DNA of 64,000 nt from Thalia democratica (taxonomy: Eukaryota): the NCBI GenBank assembly GCA_965202585.1, contig OZ241827.1:23250001-23314000 (forward strand), written 5' to 3'. Of this stretch, positions 46,911 to 60,901 are shown in pieces. Every line of letters begins with the position of its first letter. Positions within the stretch are counted from its first letter, which is position 1. A program made the position numbers and the translations under genes. The notes beneath the pieces were generated by a model. It saw nothing but the letters and a program-made list of their open reading frames with translations. It did not search any database and had not been told where the DNA came from.

Positions 46911-49900
46911 CATGGTTTCCCTATGTGGGAGATATCGCCCCCCTGGGGGCGATTTTAGTAAGTCGGGGGGCGAATTTTAGTAAAGGGGCGAAAAGGGGGG
47001 CGATTGCTAGAAAGGGGGCGAATGGGGGGTGATTTTATTATTTTGGGCTGTCATAATTTTTTTATTTTTTTTATTTTACTAAATTTTGCTTTCCATTAGA
47101 TATTTGACCCTGAGGTAAAACTTTAACAAAAAAATTCCATTTTGTTTAAATAATGTATAGATTTTATTCCGAACATGTAGATAAAAATGTAGAGTTTTTC
47201 AGAAAACGTCGAGATGAGAAAACAATACAGTGTAAAATCACAAACATGTTTTAGAAATCTGCGTAAAGTATTGAAGATGGACAATTATCTTCTTATTATC
47301 TGTCTCTCATAGTTGCTAAACAAGGACTGCCTCACACCATTGTGGATAAAACTTGATGATACAACATACGAAGAACTTGCGTTCTCCCAACTAATGGAAA
47401 CGCATAGCACAGGAAGGTTTGTGTTTGAAAAATTAAAATAGATTTTGAAGTAAACAAAATACCTTCAAAACATCTTATAGAAATTGCAACAGATGGTGCA
47501 CCGTCTATGATAGAAACGTATCGTGAATTAATAACATATTACAAAGAATTAAACCCTGGTATATATTTGCTCTTCATTGCGATATACATCACAAATATTT
47601 AGTTGCAAAAAATTTGAGCGTCCGTATTGACTCATAAAGCTTTGTGATAAAAGCTGTCAATAAATAAAAAGCATGCTTTACAAAGTCGTCTGTTTAAACA
47701 GCTGTGCAATGACAATGATGAGGTTTTTGATAAGTTGATAATGTATACAGAAGTGAAATGGTTATCGAAAGGAAACTATTTAGAAAGTTTTTGGCTGTTT
47801 TTAATTAAGCTATTAATTTTTTTTCTGAAAAGGATAAGGTATTGGCAGACAATCTTGTTAAAAAAAAAAGACATTGCTTACATGTCAGACTTATATGATA
47901 AGATAAAAAATCTGAACAAAACATTACAAGATAAAAACTTAAATCTTGTAAAAGTCAAAAAAAAGATAACCAGTTTCAGAAAACAACTTGAATTGTAAGG
48001 AAAAAGTTTCAAAAATAATAAGTTTTCACAGTTTGCAAGTTTGGAAAACTTAAAAGTGAAGATGAAGTAGAAGTATTTTCATCTCATCTTAAACAGCTTA
48101 AATGTGATATTGGAAAACTTTTTACTGACGTTTTTCAATTAAACGTACCGAAGTGGATTATGGATCCATTCACAGCAGATCTTTTTGAAGTAAACGTTGA
48201 CTTACAGGAAACTTTCTTAGACTTACAAACTGACCTTGAACTTAAAGTAACTTTTTTCAAAGAACGTTATGAAATCTTTTGGACTCCACAAAAACTAAGG
48301 TAAAAGTTTCCAATGATTTGAGAGGAAGTTAGATTGTTGTTTGTAGATTTTCCTTCTAGCTATGCTGTTAAGAAAGCTTTCAGTTCAGTTATCAACATCA
48401 TTAGCAAAAGATATAATCTAGATATTTGTAAAGGAGGTGACTTGAGGCTTTATTTGACTGATTTAGAATCAGATGTAGAAAATCTTGCAAGCAGTCATGA
48501 AGCTTAACCTTCACATTAAATTAGACTTTAGTTTCAGACATTTTTTTCTGTTAGGTCTTCAATTTCACTTGATTTTTTAAATCAGATATCTTATTTAATC
48601 TGGTTTGTATTGTATTTAAGTAGTCTTGTTATAATTACAATTTTATTAATTTATTTTTTCTACAACAGGTTTTCTTAATGCCTAGTGAATACTAATTACG
48701 GTAGACTTCCTCTTGAGTTTGCACTTTTTACCCAACAAAAAAGTGCAAAATTATAATTTCTTAAATTTAAGTTAGATAAGGTATATAACTAACTAAGTAC
48801 ATATTAACAAGGAAAAATTTTACTATACATAGTAGCTTATATAGATCAATCTTTGTTAATGAATGTTTATTTTATCTTTTAGTTGATTTTACGTTTATTT
48901 ATTACATTATTGCGTTATAACATACTGAATTTCGCCATTTAAAAAAAATTATAGTGCATTTTTGAGTTTGCACTTTTTGATTTTGTTTAAAGTGCAAATT
49001 CAAGCGGAAGTCTACTGTTTTTATTGAGTGGTATATGTTTTAAAGTTATTAATAGTTATGTTTTGAGTTGGTTAAGTTTGTAGTTTATATTTGTCGTTTT
49101 ACATTACACTAAACATTTTTATAGCATAAAATATTTGTTTAAAAGCTATTTATTTGACATATTTTTGTTATTACTTGTTTAATCAGTATAAGTAAAAAAA
49201 TATTTTTCGACTTCATAAAAGTATAGATTTGAGGTCTCTATTTGAAATGGCTTTAACTATTTCACTAAAAAGATTCTTAAATTCAGTTTTATTTTTCAAC
49301 TTGATTTATTATTATTAAAAAATCTGTATATTAAAATATTTTAAACTACTAGTACGGCTGTTTTTTGTTTTATCTTAGTTCAAAATATTTTTACAATTAA
49401 AATGTGTTGTTTATTTTAATATTTCAACCCTAACTTTTAATTTTTCACTTTTTTCCTCTGTTAAATTATTATAGGTTGATAGCTAAAAACAAATTCATTT
49501 TTCAACAGAATTAAATAAGCCATCGAAAAGACTGTTACAGTTACAAAACAAAATTTTATTCTAATAAAAAAAAAAGTTATTTTCTATTCAAAAAATTAAC
49601 TGTAAAAACTATAATTTTTATTTTTTCTAACTTAAATAAAGAAAATATAATGTTGTTAGGATTAAGGTTTAGTTTTTTAAAAGTTATTCCAAGTCAAATA
49701 CTGTTTCATGGTGTTCTACTACGAAACATTTAGTTTAGAATGTTAAAAATTACATTTTTAATTTTACAACTAACTTGCTTATTGATTGAAATTTTTAGAA
49801 ATGAAATTGATAATTTTTCTGCATTAACAGAAGCTTTTGATATATCCATTTTTTATGTGAAATAATCAACCAGCCGGTCAAACTTCCTAAAACTAGATCA

Positions 49901-50771
49901 GCAATGATGTTTTAATATTTATTTCATTATGTGTAAAATAAGCTTTTAATTCTTTTGTAGTTTTTAATCTATGTTAAAGCAATTTTAGAATATGTATGCC
50001 TATTTATAAAATAATTTAAGTACGATGCGACTTAAATAAGTTACTAAGCATTTCCGAAATTCGTTATATAAGAGATTATTATAATGTCAGGTTTTGTTTC
50101 ACTTTAGATTTTAGATGGGTAACGTACGGTCCAATTCTAGTCAAATTTCGACCCGCTAAGTAACTTGAAAACTACTTCTGCAAAACAATTAAAATTATTT
50201 TTTTTGATACTTAATACTTTGAAATACGCTTTCAATTGGTTTTCAGTTCACAATAGTACTTTCAAGATCACAATAATAGTAAATAAATTTATTACAATTT
50301 TGCTCGAGTTTTTAAATTTTCTTATATGTTAGTTTTTTAAATTATGCAGTCCGAAAGTAAGTTTTTTTAACAAGTCGACATTAGAAAGGATTTTTTAGTA
50401 AAAATGACATGTTGACTACAAAAGTTGTCTATAATTAAACTAAAGGTTTATTAATTTCAAAACAATTCATATTTAAGTAGAATTGATTACAGATTATAAA
50501 TAGCTTTTTAATATTTAAGTATTTTAATAAACTTTACTAGGCTTATAAGAAAATAGCTCTAAAATGTTTTTTTAAGCCCTGTAAATTACTTTGAACACAG
50601 CCCAAAAGTGCGTGCATAAGAAGTTTCAGACTAAATTACATTTCGAATACAATTTTTTTGGCTTAAAAGTGCGTACTCTAGAAGAGAAAAATACTTTATA
50701 AATCATGGGGGCGATTTTTTTTTAAATTTCTGAAAAGGGGGCGATTTAGTAAATGAGTTTGGCAAACCTTG
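46911..50771 (+). mobile_element. Decayed formerly autonomous hAT transposon, Buster/Charlie type
   Basis: TIRs CATGGTTTCCC / (rc) CAAGGTTTGCC. Perfect 8-bp TSD GTTTAAAG (46903-46910, 50772-50779) with central TA. GGGGCGA subterminal repeats at both ends. Confidence 0.9.
47230..48520 (+). pseudogene. Fragmented hAT (Buster-type) transposase
   Basis: Motifs across frames with stops and frameshifts: IVAKQGLPHTIV, IATDGAPSMI, SRLFKQLC, YTEVKWLSKG, IAYMSDLY..IKNLNKTLQ, PSSYAVKKAFS, GDLRLYLT...PSH*. Confidence 0.85.
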
Positions 50772-52749
50772 GTTTAAAGTTTCGTCTTCATTCTAATTTT
50801 TCACCCTAAATATTTGTTTTGAATAAAAGTTACATTTGACCTGGTACCTTTAATTTTTGTTTTTTTATTTTTTTTAGCACCGTGCAAGCAACGACTAATC
50901 ACATCAAACCACTATTTTGATGTTTTTTTTTTCATATTTGTACTTAAACGCCTGTGATACATTGTAAAAAGTTTTTATCTGCCGCGCCGATTAGGATCTA
51001 AATCTGACCACGTGCAAGGCTTCGATCATTCTGTAGCTGTGACGAGCAGGATAGGTCAGCATGTCCTGTAAATTCATAGTCCGCTAAAAAGTAACTTCCG
51101 AAGAACGTAAACGCCAACTAGCACACTAGCATCGTATTATGTTCTGCAGTTTAATTGTAATTAAAGTAGCATTACATAAAAGTTTGTATTTAATTAGTAG
51201 TCGTTGTATTAAAAAAATGCTAATGTCAAGCCGGATCTGTTGATGAGAAATCAAATAAATCACTAGTAAAAACAGTTTCGTCCACTTAGTTTTGTATAGT
51301 TTGTTATTTGTAGACATATATGGTGCAGGAGACGGCTAACTGCGGCTTAAATTTGTACTTCTTAATTTAACTTGTGTTAAATTGTACTATAGTTTTTTTA
51401 GCTTCTATCAATAAAGCTCTCACTTTAGACATAACTGACTTTAAAAAATCCTAGTCCATTTATACTAGATTCTGCCACATTTGGCTTACATACTAGAGAA
51501 ATTTTCCAACCGTTATATATATTATTAAAAAAATATACTAATGAGAAATCAATCGATAAATCAATAAAGACATTTACACAGATTCACTTACTTTGAAATA
51601 TTTTTATAAAAATAGAATTGGTACCTTTTTACTAAATATTACTTAAGATATAATTTTTTTCAGAAAAAAAACGTATCAACTGTATTAAAAACAATAACAA
51701 AAACTAATTGGAAATTAATTTGAATACAATTATAATGAAAGACAATATATGAAATTTTTAAGTCGAATAAAACTGTAATTTTGAATTGAAATATTTTTTA
51801 GAACAGAAGCTATCAAAACTTGTACTATTTTAAATATGTTTGATTTGTATTTTTTCTACTAAATCATAACTTCTTGTCTTTGAATTTGAATTGACCTTAT
51901 TAGATATAGTAAAAAAAATTGTTGTTTTTTTTTATTAATTTAGTAAACATAACCTAATTTATTTAATAAAGCAAAATATTTTACATTGTTATCAAAAATT
52001 ATTTTAGTTTAAACTAAAAAACGTCAGAATAATTTTTCAACATGAGTGGAAGGTTATTGATTAATTTTGTTTAAGTTGCTAAATAAATGTTTAACTTTAA
52101 ATTTATGTTAGATAAAGTACACCTCCGAGGTACCGTTTTATACACAACTTTTGTACTTTTGAGGTTAATCACCAAAAAAGAGCAATAATTCTTAATTTTT
52201 TTTAATTCAAAAGTAAATGAAAACATTTTATGAAATAACCAACTAAACAGAAAATAAAAATTATTCAACCAATTATCAAAGCTTTATACCTTAATTAAAA
52301 ATTAATAGCAGAAAAGAGTGCAAACTGTAGTCTCAACTTGGAATATTCTACTGAAATGTAAAGTTGAGCAGTTTTACTTAAAGTAGGTGTGAATGTTATT
52401 AAAAACTACTTTTTTTAACATTTATAAGAACAACTCACTACATATTTGGGAAGGACATCAATTTTTTACATGTCATTTTTTATGAAAATAATTATGATCA
52501 TCAAAGTTAGTTCAGCAAACAATTTTTTTGGATAATTTGAGAAAGAATTGATATAACTGACTAGAAACAGAACAAGGTACTATAACAAAAAGGTTTTTTA
52601 TTACTACAAAAATTAAAAGCCATTTTTAAAAACCTTGTTTAGGTTAAAGTCTTGAAGTTTATTTTGTTAAAATAATTTAAAAAAGGTTTTGTACAAACTT
52701 TGTAATATTTACATTGGCTTGTAGGATTTCATATAAATTTTGAAAATGC

Positions 52750-52894
52750 CTAGCGGGACGGATCATCCACTCGCGGGCCGGATAAATTTTGTCCGCGGGC
52801 CGGATTGCATTTAAATTTAAAAAATGTTTTGGGGCCGGTCATTTTGACTCCGGGGGCCTGATCCGGCCCGCGGGCCGTACGTTGCCCACCCCTA
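52750..52894. mobile_element. Right end of a hAT (Charlie/MER5-like) MITE
   Basis: GGCCCGCGGGCCGTACGTTGCCCACCCCTA terminus, the reverse complement of the 23670 left end. Confidence 0.6.
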
Positions 52895-54448
52895 TCTTAG
52901 ACGTTTGACTGTGAAGTGTGAACCATTTGGCTGCGTAAAATTTTGAAATTTTCTTCCAAACAGTTGTTTTAGTGCATATGCCATTGTAAAGATCTCAAGA
53001 GCAGTTTTTCAGTTTCATTTTTTGGTCATTTTAATTTCTTTTTATAACAAGTCAATCATGAGCTTTTTATTACTAGAAAAAAAAATTATAATTTATAGAA
53101 TTTGGACACTCGTAGTAAAATAAAAAATATACTATACTTTAATATTTAGATATTATTTAATCAGAGCTTTAATTTGTATAATAAATAACGTTTTTAATAT
53201 TGTCGTGTGGAAACCGTTCTATAGAATGTAAAAATTTTATTTATATTTTGAAAAGACAATTTTTCGTAACAAGAAAAAAAAAGAGTTTTAAATATGTTTT
53301 CAACAATTTTTTAGAATTTTTTTGTAACATAATATATTTCATTATAAAATATTTTTTGAAATTAATTTTTCAATAAAGCTGGAAAGTGGAAATACTTCTA
53401 CGATGCTTTAAAAATAACAATAATAGTGTAACTTAATTCTAATTGTGAAAAATTAGATCTACAGTTAACGAAAAACACCAAACATTTAAAGTTTCAAAAG
53501 TTGAACAATATCTATTTTAAAGTTTTAATTACTTTTTAATACCCTGTTTTAGCTTAAATTAAATGTTTTGAATTCTTTTTCTGCTTAGTTTTTTAAAGAA
53601 AATTTTAAAGTTATAAAATTAGTTTGAAATATTAGAGTTTTTTGTTTAACAGTTGCTATGCTTTCTAACTCACCAGGCAAAGATTTGTAATATGTAGAAT
53701 TTAATTTACTATAATTTTTTTTAATATTTAGTTTTACTTGCTTATCTTAAACTTCAGTATTTGTCTAGGTCTTGTCCAACCTATCATAAAAAGGAAAAAA
53801 AAAATCTTCAAAAAGGGGATGTTTTAAAAGTTTACAATTGTTGTTTATAGTAACTCTTAGTAACAGTAAACTTCAATTTGTTTTTTTTTTCAAGCTGAAT
53901 TCTCAAAAAATCTTTTAGAGACTATACTTACTTTGATATATATGACATAAAAATATCTTGTAACCTTAACAATTACCCATAATCGATTTTTATTATTTTG
54001 CATAATTTTAGATAATTTTTGAGCTTTTGTGTGGTGTGATGTTGTAGTGTCCTGGTTTTGAAAACTCTCAGAGTTGGAAGTTGCAACATTAATACCCACC
54101 AATCAACACATATACAAAAAAAAAGCCACTAAATAAACTTTAAAATACAGTAATATTAATAAATATTACAAATTTTTCTTTAATTTATTTTTGTATACTA
54201 TCAAAGTTTTATAAATAAGACTTACAAGAGTTTTTATACTTTTAATTTAAAAATACATATCAATTTTTGAGATATGTCTTCTTAAACATATTTTAAATAT
54301 TCAAATTGTCATGTAAGTGTTTTTTTAATAAGGATTTTAAATTAAACTTTTATATAAATAAGATTTAGTTGAAGTTTGTTATAGACATGTTTACACTCTG
54401 TAAATAATTTTTTTTTAAAGTTAACATATATTTGAGTTTCATTTAAAT

Positions 54449-54666
54449 CAGGGTTTCCCAAAATGGGCCAAGTTAAAGGGCCACAGGGGGAGCCACAAGG
54501 CCATAGTTTGAAACTTACATGAGATATTCTGGAGTTGATGATGAAAGGTAAAAAAAAGGTGTTAGACAGTTTTAATGCAAGTTTTTTGAGAAATGTTGTT
54601 TGAGGGGGCCAAAGGTTTTTAATTTCTTAAAAGGGGGCCCTTTGAAAAAATGTTTAGGAAAACCTG
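54449..54666. mobile_element. hAT (Buster-like) MITE
   Basis: TIR CAGGGTTTCCC / GGAAAACCTG. Flanks ATTTAAAT / ATTTAAGT are a 7/8 TSD match. Confidence 0.75.
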
Positions 54667-54938
54667 ATTTAAGTTGTTCTTTGCTATACTTTAATTAATA
54701 AAATATTATTAACATATACATATATACATGAGTAAATTTTCTCAGTATTCTAGTGTCTTCTAGTAAAAAATAAGGTTTTAATTGTATTTCATGTAAAATT
54801 TTTATAGTTTTTTTCAGAAATTACCAAGAGTAATATTTATTAGATTAGTGTAAGTTGTGATTTTTTTATTCATTAAAGGCAGAGTACCTATTATGCCCAG
54901 AGTTGCCACACAAACTCTGCCTAACTCAGGAACGTATA

Positions 54939-56052
54939 CAGGGTTGTCACTTTACCTGGAAACCTCAAAAAACCTTGAAAAACCTGGAATTGACAATTTA
55001 GGCAAAATTAAGGCCATAGGGGGGGGGGGGTCCGACTTTTTTTTTTACAAAAAATAACTTTGGATTTTATATGAAAGCTTTAAATACAAACTACAAGCCT
55101 GTTTTTATAGAATTCAAAAATATAATTTAACTTTTGAGATATTTTATTTTTTGTAAAAAGTTTCCGATACAAACGTATGGACCGCAAATTTTTTGGGGTC
55201 AATTTTCTCGGAAATTTAAAAATTCACTAAAAACCTATCTCCTCCTTCATTTTTTGACCTAGAGACTTCAAATTTTCAGGAAATGTTCCTTTTAATATTT
55301 TGAGGAATCTGAATGTTGGAATTTTTGAAATTTTGAAAAATAAAAATTTTATCCACAAAAAACTAAAAAAAAGGGTAGTTTTTTGACAAAAATTTTTTTT
55401 TACTCAAAATTAAAAAAATTCCTACAATAGATCTCTTTAAAGTTTAATGATACACATTCTGTAAAAATTTGAGAAAGATTACTTAAAAATGAAGGAGGAG
55501 ATAGATTTTTAGTGAAATAGTCTTTTTTCGCATTTTTAGTTTTTGCCTTCCATAAGGAACCTATGAACGCCCTTGCTTTGATCGCTTATATCTCAAAAGT
55601 TACTTTGAGTTTTTTTAAGTGGTTAAAAGTGTCTGATAGCTCAGATTAAATACTATAAAATAAGATCAAGTTGTAAAAACAAAGTGGACCCCCCCCCCCC
55701 CCCCCCCTATGGCCTTAATCTGGAACAACCCGGAATTTGACAAATTTTGAAAAAAACCTGGAAAAACCTGGAATTTTAACAATTTTCAGATGTTCAGTAG
55801 TAAAATTTTGATTTGACTCAAAAATTCTATCATACAAATAAAAACTTTTCTCATCATTAAACATTTTTTTATTAAAAAACATGTTTAAAGTAGCTTTATA
55901 TTATCTTTTAAATGTTTTTATACTATATAACACAGTTTCTTACCTTAGACTTAACTTTAAACCAAAAATAGACCCAAAAATGTGTTCTTATAAAAACCTG
56001 GAGGAAATTTTGAAAACCTGGAAAATTTTTTGAAAAACAAGTGGCAACCCTG
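54939..56052. mobile_element. CAGGGTTGCCA-family MITE, enlarged by a nested insertion
   Basis: Termini CAGGGTTGTCAC / GTGGCAACCCTG. Flanks CGTATA / GGTATA (5/6). Carries the 55012-55714 element. Confidence 0.75.
55012..55714. mobile_element. Non-autonomous TTAA-specific element with GG...CC ends (Kolobok-like)
   Basis: TTAA|GGCCATAGGGGGG...CCCCCCTATGGCC|TTAA, 703 bp. Second copy at 61875-62578. Confidence 0.8.
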
Positions 56053-56399
56053 GGTATAGTTTTTATGAAAAAATTACTCAGGCTAATTGAAATATTTGTT
56101 AAGTTTTTTGAAAAATAAGAATATCTGACTTGGACTTGTACAAAGCTTTTACAAATTTAAGGCTAGTTTAGAGGTTTTTAGGAATCCTAGGCTAGCCTTT
56201 ATGTCTTTTACAAATAGTTTTGTCCATTAAGTCTGTTCACTTTATTCTTAATTATAAATATCTTTAAAATTTTATGTTATTTTGAGTATCCAAGCTTGTG
56301 TAAAATAAACATTCTTGCTTAGTTTTTAGCTCATAAGACTATTTTTTCAAGTATTTCACAAACATGATAGTTTGTTGTAACCCAATATTGCTTTGGGTC

Positions 56400-59300
56400 A
56401 CTGAAGATTGCTTTTTTGCTTCAAACAGTGTCAACTCTGTGCTCCTGTCACTAATAAGTTCTTAAATTTACCATCATTTAAGACTTGAAGTTGAACTATT
56501 ATTTTTTTAATGAATTAGTGTGTTTTTTAAGTAAAAGTCTTTAGTGCAAATAAAAAAGTCAACTTAGTTTAAACTAATAGCAAAAGTGCTTATTAATTTT
56601 TTATATTCAAAAACATTTTTAGATAAAACTTGAACTAAAGTCATACAAGAAACTGCTTATGACATTTAGATTATTGGCTTTTTTCATAATTGCCAGCAAA
56701 CCGCTCAGTTTCAACCAAAACCATTTTCCATATGCACAATTCCCAGCCCACAATTTTCACCAATCAAATTCAAGAACTGCTTACCAACCAATGTTAAGGG
56801 TTAAAGGTAACAGTGATAGTATAAAAGATAAAAAAAAAGTTTGATGAAAAGAAAAAACTAATTTAAAAATTTAATAAATAATGAAAAAAAAAAGAGTAGG
56901 AATTGTGCATGGTTGGGAGCTGTGAGGGTTGAAAATGATTGCAGGTGTGAATTGTTAGTATACCAATTACCACATAACTTAAGCTCAGTAACATTTTTTG
57001 AAAAGTAGTCATTAAAGGTGATAGAAAGATTAGTGCTATTTTTTATTTATTTTAAAATCAAGTATGGGCCATTTAACCTTGAAACTAGAAAGAACTTAAA
57101 TTTTGAAACAGAACAAAAAAAAAACCTTAAGTTTTTTACTAATAAAATCATAAAGCATGGTATTTTGTAAAAAAAAGACATTAGAAAATCTGGAATTTTG
57201 ACCAACTTTTACAATTGAAATGAAGAAATTTAGATTGTAAAGAATGACTGTTAAATGCCGTAAAAATATATTTCAAAATTTTTGTTTGTTATTTAACACA
57301 TATTGAAAATCGAATTACAGTATCTTTTCAATAACTTGATTATTATTTAAAAATATTTTTTTACCTTTAATTTTATTTTTTATCTAAAAGAAACAAGAAA
57401 ACTTGTAGTTTAAAGTTTTGGAAATAAATTACAACTGTAAATAAAATTCACCCAAAGGATTTCATAAAAATCCAAAGCCACCCTGCAATTATATAACTTT
57501 TTTTATTTTGATTAACCTTTACTTATGAACTTTACCGCTCAAATTCAGGCTGAACAGACTAGTTTAAAGAAACTTTGTTTAATTTAATAAATAGCTTTAA
57601 AAGATAATTAATCATACTAAATTAAAACTTTTATTTAATCAATTAATTTTTATTAGTTTTTAAGTAGAGAAAAATCTATAAAAAAATTAAAAATAATATA
57701 CTGCAATACAATTAGCTACAATCTACATAACGGTATATGACATAACCCCTTAGATCATTGAACACAAAAAATATGTTAAGATTGAAAAAATATTAAACTA
57801 TTAATCATTAAATTAGACTGTAAGTAGTTAAATAGAATGTTATCATAGCTAAATTAGAAAATATTAAAGCAATAACCTAATTTTTTTTTAATGTACACAT
57901 AAAACTGCTAAACTATCTATAAGTCCATGTTAAGTACATTCTGATTAACTGAGAATGCTCAGTTCATACCTTTTTATTTGTTTAAGTGTCCCTGGAACAT
58001 TTAATTCTTAGGCAAGTGGTATATCTTTTTTCTTGGAGCTACCAAAACATAAACCTGCTCTTCTATTTTACTTATAGCAGCACCAATAAAATGGTCACCA
58101 ACAGGGAATCATATAATTCAAAGTTAAGTAAAATTCTACTGTAAAAAATATTTTTTTAGTTGCTAGGTTGATCATTATATCTGCTGCTCCTGCTGTCATA
58201 TATTAGATGAAGACGAGTAGTAACTTCTGCAAAAATAGTTTGATTATCTGCAGCTTGTGTATCAATTGTATATAGCCTTAGTGGTTAAATGACTCATACC
58301 TAGTGATTCAAAATAACTAAACATGCTCAACAAGAAAATGTTCCAGTAAAGAAGTAATTATTGTTTTCTTAAAACCTCCAAAGTTAAATGTAGTAGCTGA
58401 ATACTTAAAAAAAGAGGCAAATTTACACTAAGTTTTTTATTAAAGAACTTGTGACAGGGATGAAATTTTTAAAATAGTAATAAAACAACAAAAAGAAATT
58501 TTTTGAAAATTTTTAATGGTGTTTTAACACTCCATTGATTAGTTTCAAGATTTTTAAGAAGTATAATAAATAAAAAAGCATTAGTTAATATAAGCAATAA
58601 CATTGTGCTTTTAATCACAAAAAGTACTTATTAAGTACAAATAAAAGCTCAATTTTTTTTGATCCTTTGAAGAAAAATTTGATAAAAAAACATAATGAAT
58701 TATGCTGTATCAGTTTGAATAAGTTACATTGTTTCATTTTTAAAAGTAGTATACTTATTTATTTGCTACTTTAAAACCTTGACTATTGAAAACAAAGCTT
58801 ATAAATTATCAGTCCATTTTTTTAGGCTATAAATTTAAATCTTTTAATAAAAACTTTTATGTTAATAATTTTTTTTTTAGATCAAAACGGTATTTTAGTG
58901 TAACTAAAAAGAACTTTTTTATAAGTTGAAGCTAAACCAAAATTTTTAAAGTACTGCCAGTATGGAATCAACAGGTAACAAAAAGCTTTTTTAATGTATA
59001 TAAATTCTTTTGATTATTTTTTAATGTTAAGTATTTTTTAACTTTTAAATTCGATCAAAAATTAAAACTTTATAGTTTACTAAACTTATCCTAAAAAATA
59101 ATTATCTAACTTGCTTAAGACCATAAGAGTAGCTTAGTTTGTTTTTACAATAAGTATTGTATTTTATTTCAGAACTTAAGTATACAACTTTAGCTCTCTT
59201 TTATAAAATATAAAAACTTTTTTTAAACATATGGTTATTTTTATTAGAAATTAAGTTTAACATGTAGAAACGTATTGTATTTATTGGTTTTTATTAAAAT

Positions 59301-60901
59301 GTAAAGCCTTAAAGATCATTTAAAGATTAAAAGTCTACCAACAGCAAGCAACTAGAAGCTTAGTGAAAAATCAGCAAACTAAAATCAATTGTCACTCCAA
59401 GACTTTAAATGTACTTTAGACTAAATTATAAAGCAATGCTGGTTTATCTAGCTAAAATTGGCTTTGTATTCGATTTTTAAATAAGGTTGTAGTATAAAAA
59501 AATTAAATAAAAAATAGTTTTTTAAGAGCTACAATATAAATAGGAACCTGTTTTAACAACAATGCAAATTTTTAAGATGAGTTTATTTCTATACAAAATG
59601 TATCAAGCTTACTACTTGATGGTCACAGAAGTAAAATGTTTAATTATGACAATACATTTCAAGTACTTGTGAAGCAAACCTTGCTAAAAATTATCTTCTA
59701 AATAGAAAATCATAGTATTTTAAATTATTTTGGTGGTAAAAAAAAAAAATATTTACAACTTCTATCACTAGTATAACTCCAAATTTAAGTTGAATTTTAC
59801 TAGCTAGAAACAAAATCATTATTTTACAGATGAATTTAAAATTTGTTTTAAGAGACTTGTTGCCGTCCATTATTGTTTAAGGTGAGTAAGATTTGTTAAG
59901 TTACTATTTTGATGAACTGTTTAGATTAATAAACACTATGCATTTTGTTATCTGTTAATAAAATAAATATTTGCAAATAAAAATTTCATTAAACTAAGTT
60001 CACTAAAAAACTATAAATTAGATGTAAAGCTTAATTTATGGTATATTTTTTTTAACTTTGTGATTATACAATAAAAAAGCTGTTTTAAACACAATTATAC
60101 AAAGGAAGATATTAATTGGTTATTCTCGAAGTGACTAATTAATATATCTATATTTTTATATTTTATATATGCTAAAACATAAAAAAGTTGCCCACCTATG
60201 ATCAAATGATTAATTACTATATAAAGTTTAAATAAATGATTTTATCATCATTCAAAAGTAAATTAAGTTTTTTTTCATATTTTTGGTTCACTACTTTAAT
60301 TTTATTCTTAGAAACTTAAGTTTTGTTATGATCAATAAGACTAAAGTACTAATTGGACAAACTTATAGTGCTCTAACATATTGTTAATAATAACTAAAAT
60401 AATTATTTTCAGCTAAGTTTGTTTCACTACAACAATGCTTCAATGCTAAAAGCAGATTATCAGGTACAAATAAACAATAATTAAAAGTATTTATATAAGT
60501 ATATTAAACATAGATAGAAAAGTATTCAAGTGATGTATCGAATCCTGATCTTTTTATCAAACTAAGATTCAGCTACATCCAGATTTAAGTATAGTTTTCA
60601 AATAATATCTAACTGATTAGCAAATTTAAGTTTTTTAAAACTTTTAATGTGTTAGCCTGTGGTCTTTAAGGTAAAAGAAACTTGTGCACACTAAAAAGTA
60701 ATAAAAATGTTCTATGCACACAAAATTTAAAAAATCTTAAAATATCTAGTGTGAGTTTCGAAATTCCCACGAGATTTGACAAGAACTTTTTTTATACCAA
60801 TTAGTAATTTTTGCTCTTCATCATAAGCACCAGCATTTCTAATCTAAGTTTTAAAGTTTCCCCTAATTATCTAGTACATCTAAGGTCAGCAATCAGCATA
60901 T
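56400..60901 (-). pseudogene. Candidate decayed integrin alpha-like gene (FG-GAP repeats)
   Basis: Minus-strand fragments in plausible order: AGAYDEEQKLLIG|GT (60901-60798), FAEV...YMTAGAAD and DHFIGAAISKIEEQVYVLVAPRK (58290-57970), VLNDGKFKNLLVTGA (56496-56430). There are many stops and frameshifts; the similarity is judged by eye only. Confidence 0.4.
56697..56949. mobile_element. MULE-like MITE
   Basis: Imperfect inverted ends. Flanks AATTGCCAG / AATTGTTAG are a 7/9 match. Confidence 0.55.

Noticed and set aside
51270-51285. GGACGAAAC on the minus strand as a second hammerhead
   Set aside because: No CUGANGA core and no stem I or II pairing nearby.
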